Shown here piece by piece: positions 22,580 through 34,500 of a stretch of DNA of 64,000 nucleotides (the first letter of the stretch is position 1; every line of letters starts with the position of its first letter). The stretch covers positions 1 through 64,000 of the forward strand of contig NIVC01003730.1 of the NCBI GenBank assembly GCA_002269645.1, in the 5' to 3' direction. A program made the position numbers and the translations under genes. Under the pieces are notes generated by a model. It did not search any database. It had not been told where the DNA came from and was given only the letters and a program-made list of their open reading frames with translations. Source of the stretch: Macrostomum lignano (Eukaryota).

Positions 22580-25500
22580 ATGGTGGATGATCTTCAACGA
22601 CTGTTCGTCCCCAAGCAGGACGGCGGAGTGTTCACCCCGCTGATCAGCTACGGCTCGGTGCTGCTCACCGACTACTCCCGCGGCTGGTTCGGCGGCAGCG
22701 ACAGTCAGACAGGATCGACCGCGGGGCCGTCTGTCGGCGTCGCCCTGGCCGACTGGTACTTCGGCCGGGCGGCGGCGCAGATCCCGCAGTTTGTTGGCGC
22801 GGCTGTCTGGATGCTGATCACCCTGATCGCTCTGGTCTGCATCGCAGTGCTCGCCACCTGGCAGCGCCGGCTGCCGTGCTCGCCGAACAGACACGGCAAA
22901 CGGCTGCCGCCACCAGCCGACCAGTACGCCGTCAGCAATCCTTCGCCGACGCCTTCGTCGGACTCTCTGGCCCTGTCCGCGGCAAAGTCCAGCCGTTGGT
23001 GGCGGCGCCGACGTCGGGAGAAGCTGATGGCCCTGCGGCTGGGGCTGCTGGTTGCGGTATTCGCCGTCTGCACGGCGACTCTGGGCGTCTACTGGAACTA
23101 CAGCGGCGGCTACGGGTTCGGCAGGCTGTTCCAGAGGCAGCAGAAGGCCTCGGACAGCGGCGGCGGTCGCGGCAGTGTCGCCGTAGCCATTAACTCTGCA
23201 GTGCAGCAGGTCTGTTGGTAACATTCATGATCTTGCTTGGGATTAGCGATCTCAAAAACACAGACAGACGGACAGACTGCTCACCTGTTTGACAAATATC
23301 AAATCTGTCAGATAGGGATGCATCCCCGTTAGATCGATAAAATACTGTTAGACAGGCCTCAAACCCTGTTAGACAAGCCTCAAACCCTGATAGACAGGCC
23401 TCACACCCTGTTAGACAGACCTCAAACCCTGTTAGACAGTCCTCAAGCCCTGTTAGACAGGCCTCAAACCCTGTTAGACAGGCCTCAAGCCCTGTTCAAG
23501 CCTCAAACCCTGTTAGACAGGCCTCAAACCCTGTTAGACAAGCCTCAAACCCTGTTAGACAGGCCTCAAGCCCTGTTAGACAAGCCTCAAGCCCTGTTAG
23601 ACAAGCCTCAAACCCTGTTAGACAGGCCTCAAACCCTGTTAGACAGGCCTCAAACCCTGTTAGACAAGCCTCAAACCCTGTTAGACAGGCCTCAAACCTG
23701 TTAGACAGGCCTCAAACCCTGTTAGACAGGCCTCAAACCCTGTTAGACAAGCCTCAAACCCTGTTAGACAGGCCTCAAACCCTGTTAGACAAGCCTCAAA
23801 CCCTGTTACATTGGCTTCAATACTTCAACTCCCCCCGCAGCTGAACGCCTTCATCGAGGACACCCTGACCAGCACCAACACCAGCGTCCTGCAGGTCTGC
23901 TATGAGGCCTTTCCCTCCATCCTGAACCTGGTGAATCGGATCGCCAACCGCTATCTCGACCTGCTGTCGGCCGATTTCCTGCTCACTCCGCTGTTGAACA
24001 GTTTCGATAAATTTCTCAACTTGGTGAAGCTCCTTCTAGCCAGCATGAACGCCATCAAAAGCTCCCGCGACAGCGTGCTCAACCCGCTGAACTCCTTCAC
24101 CACGATGATCAATCGGACTCGAGAAGATCTTCGCGCTAAAGTTGCCGACGTGTGCGCCGGGTCGCCAACGAACGGCGTCCCGGTGGCTCTCTGCGATGGG
24201 GTCAACCGGTACATCGGCCTGCTGTACATCGGCTTGGACTCGCGACGGATCGACTCGGATAGCAGCGTCACCATCGTGACTCTGCTGGACAAGATCTTCA
24301 AGCTCAATGTGACCGAAGTGGAGGCTCAGGTGCGAGCGGAGGGGAGGGAGGAGAGGAGTTGAGAGGAGAGGAGAGGAGAGGAGAGGAGAGGAGAGGAGAG
24401 GAGAGGAGAGGAGAGGAGAGAGAGGAGAGGAGAGGAGAGGAGAGGAGAGGAGAGGAGAGGAGAGGAGAGGAGAGGAGAGGAGAAGAGAGGAGATGAGAGG
24501 AGGTGAGAGCGGGTGAAAGGAGAGGAGAAGAAAAGAGGTGAGAGGAGGTGAGAGGAGACGTGAAGAAATGAGGGCAACAGAGAAGCCCAATAGACCTGAC
24601 AGCGCGGCCCCCGCACCCGCCCGCAGGTGAACTCTGCCAAGTCGCTGCTCACAGGCAGCCTGAGCCTTATCGGCGACGAGATCACGAACCTGTTTAACAC
24701 GCTGGTCGACGAGGTCTCCAAGCAGTTCAAAAGCGCCGTGTCCGGAGCGGAGCAGCTGGGCTCGGAGATGGTCAACATGACGCAGAGCGAGTCCTTTGTC
24801 GGCGCCTTCAACACTGGTGACACTGTCCTGCAGATAATCTCGGCGGTGATTGTGATCGCCTTCTGCCTCACCCTGGCCTGCGTTGCCGTCATCAGCATCC
24901 TGCTGGTGTACTTCTACTATCAGCGCAACCGCTGGAGGCCGCCAGCAATAGTCGCCAGATGGGCGGTGAGGGTCCCCCGGCAGGCTTCGAAGAGACGCCC
25001 GGGGAGCAGCAGTCGCGGCCGCCGCCGCTGCGGAGCTTCGCCAGCATCGTGGAGAATCACGCGGAAACCCTGACCAGGCAGAAGCAGGACCAGTCGGCCC
25101 GGGAGCTGCGCCATCTTCGCAAGATGAACCGCGGCATGCGGCTGATGAAGACCAACCCGATGATCCGCGTGATGTGCGCGCTGGGCGCGTGCTTTGCTCT
25201 GCTGTTTGCCTGCGGCTTCGCCCTGCTGTACGCTGGCAGCATGATTCAGCAGGACGCGTGCACCTACTTTACTTTGCCAGCCAGCACAGCCGTGGTGGAC
25301 AAGCAGCTCGATCGGATGATTGACGACGACCTGTGGCCGGTGGTGCAGCGGCTGCTGGCGGAGAAGATTGAATTTCCTGTGCCGCTGACGCAGTCGATGC
25401 TGCCGAAGGGCCTGCTGGGCGTATTGCTGCGCGACTGCAAGAACTCCAGCGCCACGATATTCCAAATCTACAATCTGGTGACTGCGTTCAACCTGACCGA

Positions 25501-28212
25501 CTTGCTGGAGGCTGACATGGTCAAGAAGGAGCTTTATAGAGGCGAGTGCTGCTGAGTGCTCTGGTAGCTGAGCAGAGGGATAGCTGAGCATAGCTGAGCA
25601 TAGATAGCTGAGCAGAGGAAGCTGAGCAGAGTTAGCTGAGCAGAGGAAGCTGAGCATAGATAGCTGAGCAGAGTTAGCTGAGCAGAGGAAGCTGAGCAGA
25701 GGTACATGTAGCTGAGCAGAGGTAGCTGAGCAAAGGTAGCTGAGCAGAGGTACATGTAGCTGAGCAGAGGTAGCTGAGCAGAGTTAGCTGAGCAGAGGAA
25801 GCTGAGCAGAGGTACATGTAGCTGAGCAGAGGTAGCTGAGCAGAGTTAGCTGAGCAGAGGTACATGTAGCTGAGCAGAGGTAGCTGAGCAGAGTTAGCTG
25901 AGCAGAGGAAGCTGAGCAGAGGTACATGTAGCTGAGCAGAGGTAGCTGAGCAAAGGTAGCTGAGCAGAGGTACATGTAGCTGAGCAGAGGTAGCTGAGCA
26001 GAGATAGCTAAGCAGAGATAGCTGAGCAGAGGTAGCTGAGCAGAGATAGCTGAGCAGAGGTAGCTGAGCAGAGATATCTGAGCAGAGGTAGCTGAGCAGA
26101 GTTAGCTGAGCAGAGGAAGCTGAGCAGAGGTACATGTAGCTGAGCAGAGGTAGCTGAGCAAAGGAAGCTGAGCAGAGGTACATGTAGCTGAGCAGAGGTA
26201 GCTGAGCAGAGTTAGCTGAGCAGAGGTACATGTAGCTGAGCAGAGGTAGCTGAGCAGAGTTAGCTGAGCAGAGGAAGCTGAGCAGAGGTACATGTAGCTG
26301 AGCAGAGGTAGCTGAGCAAAGGTAGCTGAGCAGAGGTACATGTAGCTGAGCAGAGGTAGCTGAGCAGAGATAGCTAAGCAGAGATAGCTGAGCAGAGGTA
26401 GCTGAGCAGAGATAGCTGAGCAGAGGTAGCTGAGCAGAGATATCTGAGCAGATGTAGCTGAGCAGAGTTAGCTGAGTAGAGGAAGCTGAGCAGAGGTACA
26501 TGTAGCTGAGCAGAGGTAGCTGAGCAAAAGTAGCTGAGCAGAGGTACATGTAGCTGAGCAGAGTAGCTGAGCAAAGGTAGCTGAGCAGAGGTAGCTGAGC
26601 AGAGATAGCTAAGCAGAGATAGCTGAGCAGAGATAGCTGAGCAGAGGTACATGTAGCTGAGCAGAGGTAGCTGAGCAGAGATAGCTAAGCAGAGATAGCT
26701 GAGCAGAGATAGCTAAGCAGAGGTAGCTGAGCAGAGATAGCTGAGCAGAGGTAGCTGAGCAGAAGTACATTTAGCTGAGCTGGCAGTATTATTGTGCTGA
26801 CTCAACTGCTTCACACAGGCCGAGAAATGGTCAACAAGCTGGTCGGCGACCTGGACGCGAGCACGCTGATCCCATCGGAGGTGGACAGCATCCTGGCTGT
26901 CCTGCCGGAGTTCGCCAACATCATCGACACGCAGGACTTCTCGGCGAGCATAGCTGAGCTGTCCAAGCCACTGCTGGCCATCGGCGACCGGTTGCCACTG
27001 CTGTTCGGCGATCTGCAGGCCATGGTTCGAATCCTGCTGGACAGGAACCCGTCCGATAATCGGGCCATCTTAATCCAGCACTTCGCTGACAACCTCAACG
27101 GGATGTACACCAGTGACTACCCCGCTCTGAACGGCAGCCTCAACGAGATGAAGCGGCATTTTCTAACTTTGCAAAACAACCGGCTGGTGATGAACTTGAC
27201 GGTTGAGGTGACCGCCAGGCTGGCCGAGCTGAAGGTGGCGTTGTCGAACCGCACCGCCCTGCTGACTGCGGTGGCGACCCGATACGATCAGGTGATCGTC
27301 GGGTTGGGCTTTTCTGGCACGGGTGCCCACTCCTGTCCTCAGAGTGGAAACCCCTGTCCTCAGAGTGGACATCCATGTCTTCAGAGTGGACACCTATGTC
27401 TTCAGAGTGGACACCTATGTCTTCAGAGTGGACACCTATGTCTTCAGAGTGGACACCTATGTCTTCAGAGTGGACACCTATGTCTTCAGAGCTGGACACC
27501 CCTGTATTCAGAGTGGACACCAATATCTTCAGAGCTGGACAGCCCTGTCTTCAGAGTGGACACCCATATATTCAGAGTTGGACACCCCTGTCTTCAGAGT
27601 TGGACACCCATGTCTTCAGGGTTGGACACCCCTGTCTTCAGGGTTGGACACCCATGTCTTCAAAGTGGACACCCAGGTCTTCAGTGAATATCCCAGTCCT
27701 CTAAAGTGGACCAATTGATGCGGACAAGTCAATCTTTTTGTGATTGATATCTCTGTCCTGATATACATGACTGGAACTAAATACGAAGTATTCGGACCAA
27801 AATAAAATGCTAACCTCAATTTTAAAAACACTCCAAAGCGATTTCCGAATTCCAAATTCCAGGTGCTGTCCGAATACACACCCGAGCTGGCAGCCACCCT
27901 CAACAGTCTGCTGTCCAAATTTCTAACCGAATCGGCCGCTGCAGCGGTCTGTCAAGCGTCCTGGAGACGGTCGTGACGGAGTGCTCAGGCAGCCTGTCAG
28001 CTCTGCCATATGGCGGATTCTACGTTGCCCTGTCCTGCGCCCTGCTCGTGCTGCTGAGCATCTTCGCCATGCCGGTGCTGCGCGCGGCGCGCTGGCACAA
28101 GCGGGCGGTGGCCGAGCAAGTCACCTGGAGTGCCTCTACCAAAGCGTCGACATTTGAGACTTCCGCAGATGCAGACCCCGATCAGAGGGGGCTCAATGGA
28201 ACCATTATATAA
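22580..28212 (+). CDS. Prominin-like pentaspan membrane protein, about 920 aa. Proposed exons 22580-23209, 23841-24329, 24627-24965, 25010-25541, 26819-27291, 27907-28212; two junctions are uncertain.
   Basis: Five hydrophobic segments arranged 2+2+1 around two large loops, with prominin-like Cys motifs (DAC after TM4; LLRDCKNSSATIFQIYNLVTAFNLTDLL; GRC...TEC before TM5). Splice phases are consistent, including a GC donor at 25542. Confidence 0.65.
23345..23808. repeat. 21-bp minisatellite, prominin intron 1
   Basis: CTGTTAGACA(G/A)GCCTCAAACC. Confidence 0.95.
24340..24560. repeat. (GAGAG)n purine tract, prominin intron 2
   Basis: Pentamer AGAGG runs. Confidence 0.9.
25565..26780. repeat. 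14/20-bp minisatellite in the prominin GC-AG intron
   Basis: TAGCTGAGCAGAGG with periodic TACATG insertions. Confidence 0.95.
27330..27700. repeat. 21/22-bp minisatellite, last prominin intron
   Basis: TCTTCAGAGTGGACACCTATG and variants. Confidence 0.9.
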
Positions 28213-29349
28213 AATAGCTGTTTTGCCATTGTTGCTATACAGATGCAGCCAACTTCACTGCCACTCACTTCTAACCACAGATACTATAAACACTAGATAG
28301 GCCACTCAGGCTAATTTTCTGGGCAAGTTTTTTATTCTACTTTCTGCTTAGTAGCAATGAAAGGAAGCAACAGTATTATTTGCTAAATTAGACAAATCGA
28401 GTGACTGTTTTTAAGACATCGTTTTGCTAACGCCATAAACAACTAACTTGTTTTGTGCAGTAATGGTGTACATTAAGACGCGACAGACAGTGTGCAATGC
28501 CGCTATCTTTCAAAGTGGAGGAAGGGGGGTAGTCTGGAATAGGGTTAATATCAGTTTCGTATAAGGCAGGGTGAGTGGATCGATAATTTAGGCCCACTGG
28601 TGGTGGGATAGAAAATAAAGGACTGCACATAGCTAGCCTGGGTTAGGGGTGGGGGTTGAGAGGTTGTGGGTTAGAAAATTTGGGGGTGGTGAATCGTGCT
28701 TAAATACAAGCTTATATAGATGAACAGGACAAGAGTCAGAGTTAAAGAAAGTTCGAGTGCATACTAGCTTTTCTATCTAATCTTGTACTCGAGAAATGTT
28801 TTGATTCGAACCACTGCTGTGCTCCCACTTGCACGAGCTTTGTACTAGTGCTATTAACATCCGAGAAAGAAAAATCCGTTGCGAATGCATAAATTACCAA
28901 AAGATGACACTGGCGAAGCGCTGGCAGCAGCTACTGCAGGAGCGTGGATATTGACCTTTATAAACAATTAAATCACGGGGCCTCCGTGTGTTCAGCTTGC
29001 ACTTTATGGACGAGGCCTACTGCTGCCTTACAAAGTGCCACGGATGTGCAAGACATCTGTTTTCGCTGGGACGCAATCCCACACCAAGAGTTGATGCTGC
29101 CTCGGCTCGTTCAAATAGACCAGCTACCCTCTGTGCAAAGGACTGATAAACGATGAAGAGGCAGACGACATGTACCCTCCAGTGCTGGGGCCAATTAGCA
29201 ATCTATCTGCAGCCGAGCCTGCGACTTGCCTGCTGCCAGTGCTGTGGCAGAGCAACCTTCGGCTACCAGATTCTGCGCCGAGAACAGCTGTTGCGGCTGA
29301 AAGCTCTCACCTCTGCAGCCGATTCGCGGGTTCCAAGCGCTAGAGGCAA

Positions 29350-29695
29350 CGATCAAGCGGCTGCAGCAACGATCCCGAGGCCGAAAGTGACAGGCGAATC
29401 AAGCGGCTGCAGCGGCAATCCGAAAGCGACAGGCAAATCAAGCGGCTGCAGCGGCAATCCCGAAAGCGACAGGCAAATCAAGCGGCTGCAGCGGCAATCC
29501 CGAAAGCGACAGGCAAATCAAGCGGCTGCAGCGGCAATCCCGAAAGCGACAGGCAAATCAAGCGGCTGCAGCGGCAATCCCGAAAGCGACAGGCAAATCA
29601 AGCGGCTGCAGCGGCAATCCCGAAAACGACAGGCAAATCAAGCGGCTGCAGCGGCAATCCGAAAGCGACAGGCAAATCAAGCGGCTGCAGCGGCA
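29350..29695. repeat. 39/40-bp minisatellite
   Basis: CAAGCGGCTGCAGCGGCAATCCCGAAAGCGACAGGCAAAT, about 8 copies. Confidence 0.9.
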
Positions 29696-30388
29696 ACATT
29701 CGATGGTCAAGGCAAGTGCAGCGCAGTCGTGCATCCATGGACTGTGGAGGCGTGGCTAGCGCAGCTTCCAGCGGTCGACTGGGCGGCAGGGCGCTCGCAG
29801 TCAGGGGTGCTCTGGTCAAAGGATGTCATCTCATCAGCAGCTCATTGCAGCTGCAAAAGTCCTGCTGCTTATCGGCTGCCTGTTACGAAACCACTGAGGA
29901 TTGGCTCTCCATCGGATACATCCCTGGACCTTGAAGTGGCGCATTCGCCAGTTTTTTTCATCTGTTGGGCCGTTCTGAATGCTGCCTCTGAACAAGGGCG
30001 ACTGGCGACCCTGTTCTTCAACAGCACGCTGCGAGTTTCACAAACAGATGAGCTGATTAAGATGAGAAATCTTTCTATTTTGCTCACGAATATGGATTAT
30101 GGAGTATATGATATAGCTCGTATTTGCTAAATATACAATAGTTGACTGCAATAATATAGCCTTCTATGCAATCTAAAGCATTCACAATGTTGCTTTGAAT
30201 TGTGGAAAGTATAATTATAAGTTTCTTTTTGCAAAAAAATCAATACAATTGCTGCATTGCATTCATCTGTTTTTTTATTTAAAAAAATATAAATAACGCT
30301 AAAATGTTTTTACTACTACTAAGCAGAAAGTAGAGTAAACTGTCGTGTTGTGAAAATTAGCTGGAGTGGCCTATCTAGTGTTTATAGT

Positions 30389-30870
30389 NNNNNNNNNNNN
30401 NNNNNNNNNNNNNNNNNNNNNNNNNNNNNNNNNNNNNNNNNNNNNNNNNNNNNNNNNNNNNNNNNNNNNNNNNNNNNNNNNNNNNNNNNNNNNNNNNNNN
30501 NNNNNNNNNNNNNNNNNNNNNNNNNNNNNNNNNNNNNNNNNNNNNNNNNNNNNNNNNNNNNNNNNNNNNNNNNNNNNNNNNNNNNNNNNNNNNNNNNNNN
30601 NNNNNNNNNNNNNNNNNNNNNNNNNNNNNNNNNNNNNNNNNNNNNNNNNNNNNNNNNNNNNNNNNNNNNNNNNNNNNNNNNNNNNNNNNNNNNNNNNNNN
30701 NNNNNNNNNNNNNNNNNNNNNNNNNNNNNNNNNNNNNNNNNNNNNNNNNNNNNNNNNNNNNNNNNNNNNNNNNNNNNNNNNNNNNNNNNNNNNNNNNNNN
30801 NNNNNNNNNNNNNNNNNNNNNNNNNNNNNNNNNNNNNNNNNNNNNNNNNNNNNNNNNNNNNNNNNNNNNN
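30389..30870. other. Assembly gap (N run)
   Basis: 482 N. Confidence 1.
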
Positions 30871-31227
30871 ACCTGCACTCGGCTAGGCGGACGGAACATT
30901 CACTTTGAACCATCAACGGTTGACGCTGTTGTTGGACTTCCATGTTTTCGATTCTAGGCTGATCTGTTAAGCATTGTTTTGTGTGAATTTTTTAATGGCT
31001 ATACAGTGATGCGTGTACTTTCGACTGCCCATTTTTATGATTTAAAGGGATTAGCCTTTTTATTATACCTGACCACCTGGGCTTAGTAAGGTGCTTTTTT
31101 CGAGGCAGTTTCACAGTTCGTTCCTGCACGAGCCGAGTTTTTTGTAAGCGCGGCGTCAATTTTTACCCCTATCTATAGATAGCAAAATATTTCAAATTTC
31201 AAGTTGATAAATAAAGTCAACCCCATC

Positions 31228-31410
31228 TAGCCTATAGTGGTTAAAAGCGTCGCACTCACGACTGAAAGGTCGGAGTTCGATTCTCGACTCTCTAGGAACA
31301 ATTTCTGTCCTTGAGCAAGACAATTAACTCTGCATTTCTTCAGTTTATCCAGCTGTAAAATGGATGCCAGCATTAGCTGGGGTAATTGAGGGTGTGTGTG
31401 GTGACGCCCC
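31228..31410 (+). mobile_element. tRNA-derived CORE-SINE, copy 1
   Basis: A-box-like TAGCCTATAGTGG and B-box-like AGTTCGATTCT, then CCTTGAGCAAGACAATTAAC...CAGCTGTAAAATGG resembling the MIR CORE domain. Similar to copy 2. Confidence 0.7.
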
Positions 31411-31545
31411 CCCCCCAGTCCTTGGACTGAACAGCCATGCAGCAATCAGACGCCTCACACGCAGGTTTAATAGTGCAGGTGTAATCAATTATTATTGCAA
31501 ATTATTATATTTCTGCATGAAATTACTTTAGATAATAACAACTAA

Positions 31546-34500
31546 TTAACGATAACGACTAACCTCAATGGCGGCGTATAGTCGGTTCTCAGTTTTCAGC
31601 CAGCTGTGAATGTCTGTCAAGTTGCACACCATCACACTGCCCGTAGCAAAAACTGCTGCAACTTTCCAAGATTGTTTAGCAGGCCTCTCTTCAGCCGAGG
31701 GAACGACCTGACGGATTAGACAGTCTGCCTTCGTCGACTTCAACATAGGACTAACCAGCAGCAGGGTGCTCGAGCAGTTCTCGGATGCGCACACGAAATG
31801 CTGGTTCGGAATTGATATCGTGGTTGGGATTGCTTCCAGCTGTTCTGTTCGATTTTCACAGCCTCTGCCAGTGAATCCGAGCCTGCACTCGCACGCACCG
31901 GCTACGCAGAGTCCATTTTTACCGCAGTCGTTCGGACAGATGTCCCGCTCCAAGTCTTTCAGCACGCGACTGTTGCTTCGGACTTCGGAAGCATTGTAGC
32001 CAATGTCTTTCCGGCACACGTCTAGCATTGAGTTAAGCAGAGTCTCCGCGAACTGATAAGTATTTAGTGTCAGGGCGTACCGGATGCAGAGAAACTCAAA
32101 TTGGGCTGCATAGTTTGCTCCGATTTGGTGGTCACTGTGCCCCGAGCATAAAGATAAACTGTAGTTTCGTAGGACCATTTGCACCGATAGAAAGTCTGAA
32201 CAGAACTGCTGCGCCTCTTTTGAAGATATTTTATTTTTTACTGACGAGAAGGTTTCGTTCATAACTTGTGGGTCGGCTGCTGTGGGAATGTGATTCTTTT
32301 CTTCAACTCTTGCTGTAATAGGAATTTCCCTTTTAGTCCGTTCAATGTTCGTCACGTCTACAAGACAGCCGCTTTTGGCCGACTGCTTTTCTACATTTTC
32401 GCAGTGGCATATTTTCATTATCTCGAACGGCTGGTCGATCAGATCCTGACTCTTCGCTTTTCTAGCTGCATGCGTGTACTTCGATGAAAAAAGATTCTCA
32501 CTTGGCCTCTTGACTATGTACTTTACTGCTTCAGATTGACTTGTTGCATACATCAAGCCATCAACATTTCCCGGAATGTCGTACATTGACGGTATAACAG
32601 TTACATCGAGTGCAAATTCCTTTCTGTCACCCACAGGATGTACGCCACCCCTACAGGCTCTGTTTCGCATTTCGCGCAAAGACATGATAAACCGATGAGC
32701 GCAACTGCTTTTTGCTTCCAGATGCGCGCGGAACTTCCAGGCGTAAATTATTGTTCCATAAAATTGTAAGTGTATTCGAACAACATCTAAAGTTGAGTCG
32801 ATCTTGTTTACATTGCGCCGGACGTCGCAGAGTGAATCGGCTCGCATCGTGTCTTCATTTAACGTTTTCGAACCGTTTGGAGCTTTGCAGTGCACTCGAT
32901 GTGTCAGTTCACCGTTATTTTCGTTTGCATTGCCCGAGATGATAATAGTCATGTAGTTGTACCTAACTGCCACTCGAGTCACTACACTTTCATCGGGACC
33001 GTCTTGCACCACCGATTGCGGTCTGGTGATCAAAACTTGCACCTCGTAAGGAAGCACTTTGTTTCGCATAGCTACGTAGACATCACTCTCGCCTCTTTTG
33101 GCTCTTAAGACGTACGTTGAATTCTCTTTGTAGATGCCGCCGACTGGCTTCACGAATGGGTCGCTAAAGATGTGCAGGTAGTTTTGCGGTCCGGAAGCTA
33201 GTGTTCGAAGGTCGACTTTCAGATGGAGTGATTCAAACCGCTCAAAGGCCAGTAGGGAGGGGACGTTTGAATTGCCGTTACGCGTAAAAATCCCATCGGC
33301 TGATGACTTGTATGATATGTTTATTCTCGCCTCGCTCAGCTGTTCTGATTTTTTTAGCCCGAAAACAAATTTTCCCTCGTGGTCCTGGTTATAAAGGACT
33401 AATTTCATGCACACTTTCCGCTGTAGCCGGGAGCGACTATTGCTGCTAGCAAACTCGCATACACTTTCATTGCTATTTTTGTTGTTGGAAAGCACTGCAA
33501 TGTCGGTTCGATCTTTCCTGTATCTTATTTTTCTGGCTACGGACACTGAAAAGGTAATCTTTTGCGTTGTAGGGATGTTCCGAGTGCTAATGCACAGCTC
33601 GACTGGTTTTCCCGGGCGAATAGTGTGCTCACCATGAGTGAAGTTGATGAAAAACGTAAATGAATGAATATTGGAAGAAACCTCGGGAACGCTGAGATTC
33701 ACCGGTTTTACAGTGCAAACAATATTGCTGCCGTATATGTTCTCTCCCGGCTTGGCAATATGGTACCACGGGCAGTTGAAAGTGCAATTTCCTTCACAGT
33801 TCGGTGGAATGTCATGCTCCTTAACATTGCACCGTTTTATGCTTTTCTGATCCCCGTCTCGACCAGTTAGTACAAATCTTATTGTGTAACGGGATTTGTA
33901 CTGGGAACCGTAAACTCCACAAGTAAAGCGTTCGTCTCCGTAATCATTATGTAATTGAAGAATTGGCTTCTTGGGAATCAGAATGTTTTCTGACGGATCT
34001 GCTTCATCACCGATGCAATACGAGTGTGTCTTTGGCAGTGGCAGAAGGAAGTACAAAGTAACCGATTGAGTGCATTTGAGGATTCGTACCGGATAGAAAG
34101 TTTCGTCGGCTAGATGACAGGTTCTTAGCTGGCTCCATACGCGATACGCTCGGGCCCTTGACAGCGATCGGCTTTTCGATTTCTTTTCGACCACAACGTC
34201 GTGCAGCACGTAAGCCGCTCTGCCGCCGCAGTCGGAATCCTTGACTCCGCTGCTGCAGCCTTCGACCATCCGGTTGCCCCAGGGTGACTGAACCCGATAC
34301 CACTGTGGCTTGATCGTCGAGAATAGTTCGGACGCTGGCTGACGCATTGAAGAAGACGATGTGGAGTTCCTCCCCGCTCCTGGTCGGTGTTTTCCTTCCA
34401 GATCCTCAATGACGGGCAATTCGCTTTGTCTTTGGCACGGATCGTGGGAGGCAAAAGCGGTTTCGCAGCGGTAACCAAAGTAGTTGGGTGTGCATTCGCA

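Noticed and set aside
30350-30943. ORFs made of X residues
   Set aside because: They span the N gap.
31228-31300. tRNA gene
   Set aside because: The acceptor stem does not pair and the sequence continues into a CORE domain, so it is a SINE head.
30871-31481. ACCTGCACT / AGTGCAGGT inverted ends as a MITE
   Set aside because: Only 9 bp, and the left flank is in the gap so no TSD can be tested.
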